A stretch of DNA of 64,000 bases, taken from assembly GCA_008632985.1 (NCBI GenBank), contig QPGO01000052.1:248001-312000 (forward strand), read 5' to 3'. Shown one piece after another: positions 1-12,184 of the stretch. The notes beneath the pieces are model-generated. The model was not told the origin of the DNA and ran no database searches. It saw only the letters and a program-made list of their open reading frames with translations. Source of the DNA: Psammoneis japonica (lineage: Eukaryota). The translations under genes were made by a program, and so were the position numbers. Position 1 is the first letter of the stretch. Each line of letters opens with the position of its first letter.

Positions 1-3000
1 GTTTCCTTAGCCCGGGTTTCAGGTCTATCGCCACTTGCAGTGTGCTGTGTTTTCAGAAGAAGTCCATTGCGCCGAGGACGTTGGGGGCTACAGCAAATTG
101 ACGCCAGAAGACTTTTCGAAGCTTGTGGAACGCGTGGAGGAGAGCAAGGAAGAAGTCAGGCAGGAGGCAGAGGCCTTGGAGCCGGACGAGCTGGTACAAG
201 CGGCATTTCAGGGTGAAATCCGTTCGGCGCCGCCTGGCTTATCAGCAACCTTACTCCCATTCCAAGTGGAAGGAATGTCTTGGATGCACCACCAAGAAGT
301 GAAGGTTACTGAGCTCCGTTCGGGGATCCTTGCGGATGAGATGGGTAAGTGAAGTTCTCGTCGCACCGAATCTTCGACCTTTCCCTGATACTGATGAATG
401 ACGGCTTTAACGTTCCTTGTTAAGAAGGCATGGGCAAAACACTTCAGACTATCGCAACGATTCTTGATAATAGACCGCGGCTACAACATAGTAAGCCGGG
501 TGCAAAGCACCCACCGACGCCCGACCGTGATCAGCTTATCCGGGAGGCAAGCCTTTGGGATGACTCGCTTGCTGATTGGAAACATGAGATGGATATGAAC
601 AATATCCCGGCTTCACTAAGACCCAAAGCGAGAGGCAAGCAACCTGGAGGTGGCGCTCGAGCTGGGACCCTTGTAATTTGTCCTGTGATTGCCTTAAGTC
701 AGTGGAAAACGGAAATAGAGAAATTCACCGACAATGGAACGCTCAGCGTGTGTGTATATCACGGACCAAATCGGTCTTCGCAAACGCCGCGTCAGATGCT
801 AACTAAGTATGACATTGTACTTACGACTTATCAAGTTTTGGAAGCCGACTTCCGAAAGATGGTTTCTCCCAACAAGGTGAAATGCCCAAATTGCGGAAAC
901 AAGTTCAAAGTTGATAAACTTCGTGTCCATCTCAAGTACTTTTGCGGGGAAGGGGCGCAGCGCACAGAGGCGCAGGCACGGCAGCAAAGCAATCGCGACC
1001 GAATGCAGGCTCGTGCACGCGGTGGCGCTCCCGGTGGAAAGAGCAGAGGTACGAAAAAATCCTTCTCCAAGCCTCAAGCTCTGCGGGCGAAAAGTAAGAA
1101 GAAGTCTCCTGAAACCGCGTCAAAGCATTCCGTGCACGTAAAACGCAGCGCTTACTACGATTCCGAGAGCGACTTATCGGTAGAAGAAGCTCCTCCTGTC
1201 GTGACTGGTCGCCCATCTCGGTCAGCTGCAGTAAATGCATCGAAACGTATGTCATCTTCGAAGAAAGACTGGGGATTTGGTGTCAATGGAAGCGACTCTG
1301 AAGACTATAAAGACGACGATGTCTCAAGCAGCGACGAGAGCTCAGATGACGAGCTGGTCAAACCCAAGGCCAAACCCAAAATGCCGTCATCATCCAAAGA
1401 GACTTCGGAGAGCGAGAGCAGTAGTACCGATGACGAGGAAGCTGTTCAGCGAGCCAGAGAGAAGCAGAGAAAGGCAATGCTTCAGGCGCGGAAAACGAAG
1501 AAAGTTGGTATGGCAGAGGGTTCCAGAAAAGGTAGTGCGGGGACTGAACAGAAAAAAGGACAAAAGAAGAAGGCATCTACGAACGGAAAGAAGAAGAAGA
1601 AGAAGAAACGCTTCAATGATAGCAGCTCCTCTGGTATTTCCGACGAAGAGAGGGACGCGCTTGAAGGCATTGACATGGAGCGACTGGTACAAGAAGCCAT
1701 GGAGGGATCTGTGATGAGCCCTCTTCACAGCCTTTGTTGGTGGCGGGTTGTCTTAGGTGAGGAAAGATCTGCCGACTACCGTGCTTGGTTTACAACTCTC
1801 TTTTGGTAAACCCTCATTTCATCTTTGCTGGCAGACGAAGCTCATTTCATCAAGTCTCGATCAAGTCAGACTGCTGCGGCTGCATTCGCCCTTATTGGTA
1901 TCCATCGCTGGTGCCTTTCGGGCACTCCGCTCCAGAATCGCGTAGGTGAGTGGCGTCTCGTCGTTGGTCTCGGAATCCTCCAGTTGTACTTTTTTGACAA
2001 ACGTTTGTGGCGCATGTGACGCATAAAAATACTTGGCAGGAGAATTCTATTCCCTGATTCGGTTCTTACGGATCGATCCTATGGCGCACTATTTCTGCAA
2101 AGCCAAGGTACGTGTGTTTTGTTGGCTACGTCTAGAATTAGGGATCTTTCCTCATTTTATTTCCTGTTCTGCTGCATGTTTTCTTCCCAATACTTGTTGC
2201 CGACAGGGGTGCGACTGTAAAAGCCTTCACTATCGTATGCTCAACGGAAAGTGCCAGGGCTGCGGACACGGAAGCGTTCAGCACTACTCATATTTCAACA
2301 AGGTAGGGTACAACCGAGAACGCGTAAGACGTCATAAGCCTTCCGTGGTCTCACTTCGTTGTTCTTTGTTGCATTTAGCATGTTCTCAATCCAATTCAAC
2401 GTGACGGCTATTCTGGAGATGGCCGCCGCGCCATGTTCAAGCTAAAGAATGATATTCTTGATACTTGTCTTCTTCGTCGAACCAAGGAGACTAGAGCGGA
2501 AGATATGAATCTCCCGCCACGGCTAGTCACAATTCGCAGCGTCCGGCTTCATCCAGTGGAGGAAGACTTCTACAATGCTCTGTACACGCAGACGCGCAGT
2601 TCTTTTGACGACTACGTTGCTGATGGTACCCTGCTCAACAACTATGCGCATATTTTCGATTTGCTCATGCGAATGAGGCAGGCCGTTAGTCACCCATACT
2701 TAGTTGTGTATTCGAAAAAGGACAGAGTCGTGCCGTCTGCTGGGGGTGCACCCATTGCCAACGGCTCGGCCGATTGCGCCCTTTGCCACGAGCCACCGAC
2801 CGAGCGCGTAGTCAGTTCATGCTGCCAAGATGCATTTTGCAGGGGTTGTGTTCTAGAATACATGTCTACAACTCTGAACCTTCCTGGATCGGAAAACACA
2901 CCTTGTCCAAGTTGCAGAAACCCATTCTCCATCGACCTCAACCAGGTGTCGTCCAATGTGGTGGATGACAGCACTCTCTCTATTGGATCTCGCAATGGCA

Positions 3001-3716
3001 ATGCGGCAAGTAGCCCCATGCCTTCATTGAAGGAATTGCCGCACGTTGCAACTGGGTCTATTCTACGCCGCATCAATTTGGCCGAGTTTGCGACGTCGTC
3101 AAAGATCGAAGCTCTTACTGAAGAGCTTGTGAAGATGCGCCAAGACAGTCCAGGCAGCAAAGCTATCGTCTTTTCTCAGTTTGTCAATATGCTTGACTTG
3201 ATACGCTGGCGCTTGCATTCTGACCCATGCTTGTCCAGCATTGGATTGGGCGCTAGGGCGCTGCACGGTGGAATGGATGTGAAAGCTCGTGACGCCGCCC
3301 TTAAAGACTTTCGAGAGGACAACGAAGTTCGTGTGTTACTTATGTCACTCAAAGCCGGTGGTGTAGCGTTGAACTTAACTGTTGCCAATCGCATCTTTTT
3401 GATGGACCCATGGTGGGTGTTGTCATAATGCTCTTGTTTTTGGTTTGTGAACTTTGTGGATCTGATTGTGATGGTTGAATTTTTTGATTTGTATAGGTGG
3501 AACCCCGCAGCGGAGTTGCAAGCAATTGATCGTACCCACCGCCTCGGTCAGCACCGCCCAATAAAGGCCGTCCGATTCATAGCAGACAACACAGTTGAAG
3601 AGCGCATTGTCCAGTTGCAAGAGAAGAAACGACTGGTTTTTGACGGTACAGTGGGTAGGGATGCGGGTTCACTCAAGATGTTGACAGTGGATGATATGAA
3701 GTCGTTATTCTGTTAA
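1..3716 (+). CDS. RAD16: RAD16-like SNF2 helicase/ATPase with RING finger; 5' end outside window; exons approx <1-344, 428-1756, 1835-1945, 2040-2107, 2207-2302, 2379-3412, 3497-3716
   Basis: Splicing at GT..AG sites joins [74 protein letters not shown] and [21 protein letters not shown]. The HLKYFCG motif and [12 protein letters not shown] are typical of Rad16. Confidence 0.9.
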
Positions 3717-3727
3717 TATGTTATTAG

Positions 3728-5184
3728 TTAGGGTGCCGTGTTTAGGCTTTGAGAAGTTATCTTGTTGGTTTTCGGCACCGTTGCGTTCGGCACCGTTGCG
3801 TTCGGCTCGTTGCTGTCAACATTTGTCACTATCGGCGGCCTGGTCAGTGTTCCGTTGGTCAAGTTCGCTGCCAACCTGGCCACTTCCATGTCTTCTAGCA
3901 GTTGCACGTCGTCTTCTGTTGCCGATGCATTTTCATTTGACTTTCGATACAAAGCCAAGTCCTGCATTTTTCGCCGAAACAACTCCTCTTCATCATTGTT
4001 TTCTTCGATTTTTCGACTAAACCACCCCTTCGACGTCCACGAAGACGATTTCTTTTCACTCGACGTTTCCTTGACCACTGTCACACGAACTTCTTCACAA
4101 TGCCGAGCAAACCATATTCGATAAGGTAAGCCTAATCCTAAGAGGGTAAACAGCCAAAAGAGTTGAATACGAAAGAGTTTGGCTGAAGGTACCCCCTCGA
4201 CGGCTCGCACCGCCAACATTCGTGAATTGAATCCTTTTACATCAATGTTGGTGGCAAACTCGGCAAACTCATCACGCTGTCCTTGCTCGGTGACAAATTT
4301 TGCTTGTTGTGAGAAGTAGTCTTGCCGAGCCTTTGCGTTTGTTAGCACAATGCGCTTACACAAGGTTATTTTTGTGAATGGCGCTGATCGAGACGATGTC
4401 GCAACAGAACGTTTCCAGACTCCACTAGTTGTGCTATCTTGGCAGCTGGTGTACTCGTACTTGCCTTGTTCCACATTCGTAACGACCTTCTTTCTGAATG
4501 GTGGAGGCACCGTCGCTTGCATTTGGTCACCTGCATTTCGTTGCAGCAGCTGGATAGGATATAACAGAGGTAGCAACCACTTTCTTGTCTCGTAATGAAA
4601 TGATCGCACCTTCCATGATATTATCGGTGGTTGATTCCGAAGACTTTCAATGTAGTCCTCAACCTCGGTCGTACTTGAAATTGCGTTTTTCAAGTATCGC
4701 TTGGTACTGCACGTGTAAGCCTCCAATAGATACAGTCCTATCCCTATCAGAACAAACCATTTGTCGAATTGAGGAACTCTTAGAATCGTCCACTGCGCTA
4801 CAAATACAGCAAGTGACGTTGGAATTGATGGGCTGTGTCCTTCAGCTACTGGCTCATCCAATCGATTCCTTATGAACTTGCTATATACGAAAGTATCACG
4901 AGAGCCAGTACAGCAGTGAGCAGCGACGCTTTGATATGATTTAGTCCACGGCTAGTCAAGTATGGGTGCACACTTTCAGAAAGAGTGCTAGATGACCGTC
5001 CCTCCCAAATCACACGTCCTGTTTCCCGATCAATCAAGGCTGATTCACCCATTAAAGTCGCACCAATCTGCTCGACCGAGTCTTGCAACGCAGAAGCATT
5101 TGATGCCTGCATTCTCCATGAGAGGCAAACAAACCACGTCAGGATACTAACAAGGCTGTAAGGATACAGCGGTTTACTCTTCAT
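3728..5184 (-). CDS. TMEM151-like membrane protein with an apparent 1-nt frameshift near 4877 joining ORFs 4870-5184 and 3728-4861
   Basis: YLLEAYTCSTKRYL..YIESLRNQPPIISWKVRSFHYE and FWLFTLLGLGLPYRIWF resemble the TMEM151 family. Adding one base gives continuous YIAKFIRNRLDEP. Confidence 0.65.
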
Positions 5185-5676
5185 TGCGAATCGCTGTAAA
5201 TCTGAGCTTTGCAGTAATTTCTCTTGTTGAATGCGATGTGCGATCCAGTACTCTAGCTACTAGAACAATGCACAAAAATAAAACAAAGCGAGCAAGCGGC
5301 CAGCGGACAGACTCAAGACATCTGAGCAGCGCGCGCGTGCGCGAGCGCTATTTGACGACGCGGACGACGACTGACTCGACGGACTCGAAGTGCGTTCTGA
5401 CCATGACCATGCCATGACGGACCTACCGGTAGCTCAGCGCTCAGCTCTGTTCGACGATAATCTACCTCGAGTGCAAGCGCAACGGATGCCACCTTCCATC
5501 CACTATAGAGGCCAGCGATAACAACTGCACTCTCTGATCGATTAAACGAGCTTTGCCTCTGTCTCTCCCGGCTCTCGGCTTTAGGTCCGAGCATTTTCAG
5601 AAGTTTGCTCCGACCGTTCTTCAGTTTTTCATAGCCTAGAGAACTGTCTCGAACGCTTTCACCTTTATCACCCAAA

Positions 5677-6746
5677 ATGACAGCAAGCACGTGGAGATGG
5701 TTGTCTCAAGACCCGAACGCCGCATGTAAGCACCATGAGTGGTCTCATCCAATTGCGGCATGCATCATCCACTACATAATTGCTACAGTCGTTACGTTCT
5801 TGGTGCACGATTTTGTGGTGTCTATTCTTAATCACGAGTATCAAGTGCTGTGTCCTTTGGAGTTGACCGAACGACGGCACGCTGTAGCCAAGTTTCTTGG
5901 GATTTATTCTTTGTGGCTCTTGAGATGGCGATTGTGGCATGCAAAGGCTCCTCGAAATCATGTGAGTTAGTATGAAAACAATGGCGATTGCTCCAATTGA
6001 AGAATGCAGAAAACTAACTTGCAGTGTAGGTTGTCTACGAGTACATGTGGCTCTGCAACGTGACTCTTGTGTTGTCAGCATTAGGACTTTATTATGACCG
6101 GCCCATGATTGCCACAGCTCATTGTGTGGCGGTCAGCATAGACCAGGTTCTCTGGTATGTGGATCTTTTAGGATGGACACTCAGGTAAGACGTAAGACTA
6201 CGGGTAGATATGAAGTCGCTGCGTCGGTGAAAATTATCTCGATTGATCCACCTTAAAAAAAATCCCTTGTACTTTCTTCTGCATTGTAGCAAGTTCCGCA
6301 AATTCCCTATCGGCGTTGCCAAATACATTACTTGGCCTGAAACATCATGGGTGACTCGTATCACATGCACTCATCATCTGTGGACAATACCAGTACTGCT
6401 TTATGGCACTGGCGGAGGGTTGCACCTCTGGTCTTACCCGTTGAGTGTGGTTGTCGTAACTGTAAACGTCATCCTTTCTCGATGGTTGACGCCATTTGTT
6501 CTTGCGCAGAGGAATCGTCAAAACTCTTCTGCGAAATACCTCAACGTCAATCTGTCGCATGAGTTATGGAAGGACATCAAAATTGAATTGATCCAAATCA
6601 ATTATGACAACCCGCCCACATTCATTTACTTGTTCCGGTTACTTTGCAGATGGCATTTTTTCAATTTTGTCGTCTTTGTCCCGTTGCATGCAATGAGCTA
6701 CCGGATCTTTGGCCCACCAGTTTTATCTTGCTTAGAAATGGAATAA
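5677..6746 (+). CDS. Uncharacterised multi-pass membrane protein; exons 5677-5961, 6030-6184, 6289-6746
   Basis: Canonical gtgagt/gtaag donors and tag acceptors give an in-frame hydrophobic protein (YEYMWLCNVTL, IDQVLWYVD, KFPIGVAKY, THHLWTIP). Confidence 0.75.
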
Positions 6747-6969
6747 CCGTAAGGTAACTCAGATTCAGGGGCTATTGTCACAGTAGGAGATTGCATCAAC
6801 TTGTACCACGCCTATCTTTGCAGGAGGGATGCGGGCGTAGCAGTAGCAGGAAATGAGAGCTCCAAGAAACAGCATCTGTCCTCGATTGCTGCAGAGTAGA
6901 ATAGATTGTTGTAACCTCCAGGGCCCCTACCTTGAACCTGCACAATAAAAATGCGCAGGTAGATGATAG

Positions 6970-7004
6970 ATGACACAGACCATGACACAGACCATGACAC
7001 AGAC
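6970..7004. repeat. 12-bp tandem repeat (atgacacagacc) x3
   Basis: Read directly from sequence. Confidence 0.9.
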
Positions 7005-7163
7005 AACAGAACATCCGAAACACGATCTCGCATACACAACCTCTAGTAGTAGAGAGTAGAGAGTAGCTACTAGAGCTAGTTGTTGCGACAGAAGAGACAA
7101 CCGACAACAAAGCAAACCGTTCCGTCCCGCACAGTGTCATTATCAACCGCTGCAGATGATGCA

Positions 7164-7628
7164 ATGCCACTGAGTGGAATAAAGTCGTTCCATTTTGCCA
7201 GCATGGCGATCGCATTAATTGTAGTCAGACCAGAAAATTCACGATCAGCACCAGTGCTTGCCTTCGCACCTCGTTTTCTCGGATCGCACTCCCATCCCCT
7301 CGTCGGGTTGAGGACAACGTCGGACGACAGCCACAACGATAGTCCCTCAGAGCTCGAGACAGTACGAGTTCGAATATGGAGGGCATTGGCATCGGGTCAA
7401 GAAATGAGCACATCAGAGTTGGCGTCAAAGGTTGGTGTAGGTCGTAGTGATTTGAGCTCCCATTTGGTGCATGTGCGGAGGCAAGCAAGAACACTAAGAA
7501 ACAAGTCGGAGGAATGGAGAGAGCGCCGGGGGCTACAGCCAATGGATGGCCGTACTACTAGTAGAGTCCGCCTTCGTGTACGACGCGGTAGAGGACCTCG
7601 AAAGGAAATGTACTTCAGGCTTGAATGA
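7164..7628 (+). CDS. Small basic protein with a winged-HTH-like segment and possible plastid presequence
   Basis: LAFAPRF motif after a hydrophobic stretch; IWRALASGQEMSTSELASKVGVGRSDLSSHLVHV has an HTH pattern. Confidence 0.6.
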   Translation: MPLSGIKSFHFASMAIALIVVRPENSRSAPVLAFAPRFLGSHSHPLVGLRTTSDDSHNDSPSELETVRVRIWRALASGQEMSTSELASKVGVGRSDLSSHLVHVRRQARTLRNKSEEWRERRGLQPMDGRTTSRVRLRVRRGRGPRKEMYFRLE

Positions 7629-8322
7629 CGCTCATGCCGCAGTTCTGTCCAAACAATAAACAATCCAACAAGCAGAAGTTAGAGTCTGGTGCTAAGCCGG
7701 AAAACCCGCGTTGTTCAAGCACACACGTTGCGATTTCGTTGTGTTAGTCACGATGAACGAATAAAGTTGATGGGAGCTGGAGGTACTTTTTGGGTTTGCA
7801 ATTTGCGAATACTGACGCAACGCCTCAGGCCTTGTTGTTTGGTTGAACGTATTTGTGCATCACCACGAGGACCTGCTGCTATCATACTGGTTCTTGGCAG
7901 CAAGCTTTATGCCCTCACTTTATCTGATCGTTCTTTGGAAGCTTGAACAGATTCTCCATGCGCCTCCTTTGGCTATGTTTTCGTTCCGCTGACTTTCATG
8001 CAGCGGAAGGATCTTTAAAGCTTTGGCACCGTAGATACATTGAGTCTATCAGAATTGACTTTGTTCCTGCAGTTTCCTGAGTGGCTCTAGTAGCTAGGAA
8101 ATCATCTGCGCATAGAATCATCATCCAACCGCCAACTTGAGTCAGAAGGTCTTTGGCTACACTCAATTGAAACAACGTCAATTGAAGCAACGTCATGGAA
8201 TCGTGGAGCTGTACGGTGAGAGCGATGAGTGACGATTGAGCACTCCACCCGTTGACGTCATTGCCCTTGCAGCCGCCATCCTGGCTTAAAGAAACATATA
8301 GTCGATTTACTTTCGCTTGCTG

Positions 8323-8520
8323 ACTAGAGGTAGGGCCCTACCTCTGTGAGAGCTACTAGGGCCCTACCTTAGCTCATGCAGGTACTCCTAGCTAGCTACT
8401 ACTCTCTACTCTAGTAGCTACTAGCTAGCTAGCTAGAGCTAGCTATGGTACCCTCTCTAGCTACGTACTACTAGAGTAGAGTTTGTCAAGAGAGACGAAC
8501 GAACTAATACTAGTCTAACT
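8323..8520. repeat. CTAG/TAG-rich low-complexity tract with a perfect 20-bp palindrome (8326-8345)
   Basis: AGAGGTAGGG|CCCTACCTCT, a second tagggcccta, and ctagctagctag runs upstream of the 8839 gene. Confidence 0.8.
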
Positions 8521-8838
8521 GTACTCTACTGTGAGGGAAAAAATAATCTCGATGACGTGGCAAATCATTTTGGTTTTTGAACTGAGAAAACGCATATCGA
8601 AATAATCATGGGCCGATAAAGTCATAAATAGGGCGGCGTGAGAGGTGAGACACGCGGGCAAGCAAGAACGAACTCCATCCCAGATGAGCAACACGCAACA
8701 CGTCGACAGTGAGATAGATGAGCTTCCTTCTTGCAACCCTCGACGCAGCGAGAACCTCCAAAGCGTCTCATAGAAACCGAACCTTCATACAGTTATCGCG
8801 GCTCCAGGAGAACTCGTACGCGTACTGTTTGGCTGAAT

Positions 8839-9876
8839 ATGGTTGTTCACCAGCAACAAGGTTCCGACGATGAAGGAACATCGCTGTTGACGGCTAGTTC
8901 CACTCAAGAATACAGCAGTGAAGGGGTCGAAATTCCTTTGCAGTATGTAACCGGTCCCGCCACCGTGATGGTTCAATTATCTCGAAGTGCCTCCTCGATC
9001 GAAAGCTTGTCTCAGCCATCATCATACTGCGAACCGTCAAAGACTGCAGAAACGGGTTTTTCGTCTGACGAAGAAAGTGGCTCCTCTATATCGAAACGTA
9101 GCGACGACTTAATCTGCAGTACACAGCGTCTGAAGGGTTTCATAAAAAGAAACTACAAGGTTGGAATATCGTGCTTCATTTGGTATTCTTCATACATGAT
9201 TATGGCAGTGTTTGGTGGAACAGTCGCCTTCATGCACTTTCCTAGAACAAATCTGCCGTATCCACATGCGCTGCCGGACTTTGGATACGATGTCGTTCCC
9301 GAGTGGTGCCCAGGCATCCCCCATGTTCCCCACGGAAATGTACAAAGTTTGTGTCTGCTTGTATTGTACAGTATAATATGGATTGGGATATGCTGTCGAT
9401 GGACAGGTGACGGGAAGTTGATTTTACAACAACTACTCCACCTGAATTCCATTGTGTTCCTGACGAGAACCACCACGGTGTCAATGACGGGATTGCCTCA
9501 GCCAAATCCCCGTTGCACTTCGGTACAAGCCTTTCCGGTCACGTATTCCCAGGCTTGGGAGTTTGTAATTGGTCGAGGCTTCCCTCCCCATGCCTGCGGG
9601 GACCTCATTTATAGTGGGCATGTAGCATGCACTCTTGTTTGCATGACTATCTTGTACAGACATGGTTATCTTCGCGACCGGTTGGCTTTTTCTGCGGCTT
9701 GGGCTATTGCAATCCTGGGGATATTTGCTACGTTGAGTTGTCGTAGTCATTACACAGTTGACATTGTCTTGGCAGTTTACTTTGTTTTCTTCATTAAGGA
9801 GTTTTATTTTCTGAGAAGCAGAGGTGTTGTCAAAGGACCAATTGCGAAATGCATACAGTGGCTGGAGGATTGTTAG
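8839..9876 (+). CDS. Sphingomyelin/inositol-phosphorylceramide synthase family protein (PAP2_C)
   Basis: LPDFGYD, TTVSMTGLPQP, CGDLIYSGH and RSHYTVDI motifs with several TM helices. Confidence 0.88.
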   Translation: MVVHQQQGSDDEGTSLLTASSTQEYSSEGVEIPLQYVTGPATVMVQLSRSASSIESLSQPSSYCEPSKTAETGFSSDEESGSSISKRSDDLICSTQRLKGFIKRNYKVGISCFIWYSSYMIMAVFGGTVAFMHFPRTNLPYPHALPDFGYDVVPEWCPGIPHVPHGNVQSLCLLVLYSIIWIGICCRWTGDGKLILQQLLHLNSIVFLTRTTTVSMTGLPQPNPRCTSVQAFPVTYSQAWEFVIGRGFPPHACGDLIYSGHVACTLVCMTILYRHGYLRDRLAFSAAWAIAILGIFATLSCRSHYTVDIVLAVYFVFFIKEFYFLRSRGVVKGPIAKCIQWLEDC

Positions 9877-10270
9877 ACCCGTTTTTGTCAGGCCAGTTTG
9901 ATGTTGTGACTTTGGCGCGCTGCTGGCTTTGACGGACTCCAAGAAGCCCATCCGAAAAAACACTGCCAAATTGGACGCAATCTACGATACGAGTTTTTAC
10001 CAAACCAGACGATAACTAGAATGGAGAAACGACATAACTTTTAATGAATCGATGGAGTTATGAACGCCTTGCGGAAACGCGTACTTTTGAAATCCATAGG
10101 CTAAAAAATTCAACTTCTTATACTCACTTTCCTCTTCACAACCCCGGCATTGGCAGAGCGATGAAAACTAAGGTTTCATACCAAAATTATATCTTGCCTT
10201 TTGCGACAAAGAATGAGGCAGAGTAGTACTAAGTAAGTTGCCGGCTGCACTACTGTACCTCTTCTCCTAA

Positions 10271-10765
10271 TTACGCAGCACGTGCATCAGGGGAAGGGCA
10301 CTTCACTGGCAGGCTAGGTATTATCGTTGATATCTTTGTCACCATAGCTTTGTCTGGGTTGTCTTGTAGCTCCTGGCTCGATCTATGAGTACTGCTTTCG
10401 TCTTCTGAAGTGGACCTTTTAAAGCCGCTCTCATCAAGTAGCATTCGAACGCTTCTTCTAGTGTGTAGCGAATCCCTTTCTCCAAAGGGCCCCGTCTCGG
10501 TCATCCAGTCATTATGTTTGTCACAGTCACCGTCTTCTTCTGTTTGTGGATCATTGAGGTCTGCTTGCCCTGTTGCACTTCCCACAATGGAATGTCCACA
10601 TAGAGAATCACGTGTCACAGGATGGATCATCGATTCCACTTTACATCCTTTCGTTCTCCGATCTAATTCCGTGTCGAGAGAAGTTGAGCTGTTCGCTGCA
10701 TAATCGAGATGATCGTGCTCATCAGCAGGCCACAAGGAGATTTTCGATGTTGCAACCCCTTTCAT
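10271..10765 (-). CDS. Hypothetical acidic/Ser-rich protein (possibly a terminal exon)
   Basis: 164-aa ORF in normal-composition DNA; no recognisable domain. Confidence 0.35.
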   Translation of the reverse strand: MKGVATSKISLWPADEHDHLDYAANSSTSLDTELDRRTKGCKVESMIHPVTRDSLCGHSIVGSATGQADLNDPQTEEDGDCDKHNDWMTETGPFGERDSLHTRRSVRMLLDESGFKRSTSEDESSTHRSSQELQDNPDKAMVTKISTIIPSLPVKCPSPDARAA

Positions 10766-11489
10766 GTCAAAAATATCTCGAATACAGCTACACGTGTGGT
10801 AGGTGAAACCAGAAAAAGAGCACAGTATTCTGTGGCGATTGTTAAAGTGTTTGCAAGAAGTGATTGAGGGAGTAACGGTACCGTATAGGATGTTACAGAT
10901 GTCACAGCACGTCGCTCTTGGGTTGCAGTATGATGTGTGCAGTGTATGGTATGCTTTGTTTTTATTCTATCACACGTTCATCTCCAATCTACTTGTGTTG
11001 CGTGTTGCGTTGGGGGGAAATAGATCGATCGCAAAAAAGTGTGAATGACTCTACTGTATCACTGTACAGTATCATATTATTATATGTACACAGTAATGAC
11101 CAAACCCTATCTGTGACCTACATTGCATTCTGACGACCTAACAAGAGGCAGTGTCCACCGTAGAAAAAGCATATGTACTGTATTGTACCTTGATAAAAAC
11201 AATGACTTGTGAAAATTGGATGACTCCTCGTGTCAATGTCCAATGACCACCACCAGCCACCAGAGTGAAATATTGTACAGGAGATGGGAACGATGCACCC
11301 AGATCGTGACAAGAAAACGCGGACTTCGAGGCCTTCATCTCCTCGCTTCCTGATGCTTCCTGCCTCTTTCGCAACAGTGCTGTCATTGACCAGCTACGTC
11401 GGGTCGGGTGTGATTGTTTTGCAAGAATTCAACGTGTCTGCAACGCAGAGTCATCCAGTGAAGGAAAATAACAGCGATACTGGAGCAAC

Positions 11490-11874
11490 ATGGGCTTTTC
11501 TCTTTGGAATCTGTTTAAGGTATGTTGGCGTGAGTTCCTCCAGCGAGTCTTGATGATTCTGTTGTTTCATTGATACCAGCATTATACTTTCACGTGCTAT
11601 ACTCGGACGAAAGATTGCTTGCTTATCAGTGTATCCCTCTTTTACTTTATAGGCAGGTCTACTCATGACAAATTCTATTTTGATTCTTCATCGAAGACGA
11701 TTCCTAGCAAAGTACGGTTTGGATGACATCAATAACATGGGTTGTGACCCTGCCCAAAGACCGCTGCAGGTGCAAGCGATTGGCTTACTGAATGCTGTTC
11801 AATACCTCAAAGTCCCGATTATTATTGCCAATATAATTACCATTGTGTTTGAAATGATTTTGGGAGGGACTTAG
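11490..11874 (+). CDS. YOS1: Yos1/IER3IP1 ER-Golgi transport protein; exons 11490-11519, 11653-11874
   Basis: Spliced MGFSLWNLFK|AGLLMTNSILILHRRRFLAKYG...IGLLNAVQYLKVPIIIANIITIVFEMILG matches the Yos1 family pattern and size. Confidence 0.88.
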
Positions 11875-12184
11875 TCCATGAGAGATTGATTCATGGCGAT
11901 GGATTGGTGTGAATCGTCGTGTTGGAAGCCAGTTGGAAAGCCCGCTACAGTATGTGTTCTTGATCCCGACAGGGTGAAGATGCGTATAGCAGCTGGTTTG
12001 CTTAAGAGATGTTGGAAGTTTTTCAGTCCCACAAACAACTCTACGTAATTCCCGTAATACGGTAGTTTCACTCGGATTTAACTGTTGACGTTCTATGGCG
12101 TGCGATGGACACCTCGATCACTGTCTGTGAAGTGATCGACGGAATAATAGCCTTTTTCTTGACATTTTCAGTTGCTACTGTACT

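Noticed and set aside
3771..3806. 15-bp tandem repeat as a regulatory element
   Set aside because: It encodes PNATV repeats in a low-complexity C-terminal tail.
4861..4885. Programmed frameshift or pseudogenisation of the TMEM151-like gene
   Set aside because: One missing base in a short A run with both halves intact is most simply an assembly indel. It needs read-level confirmation.
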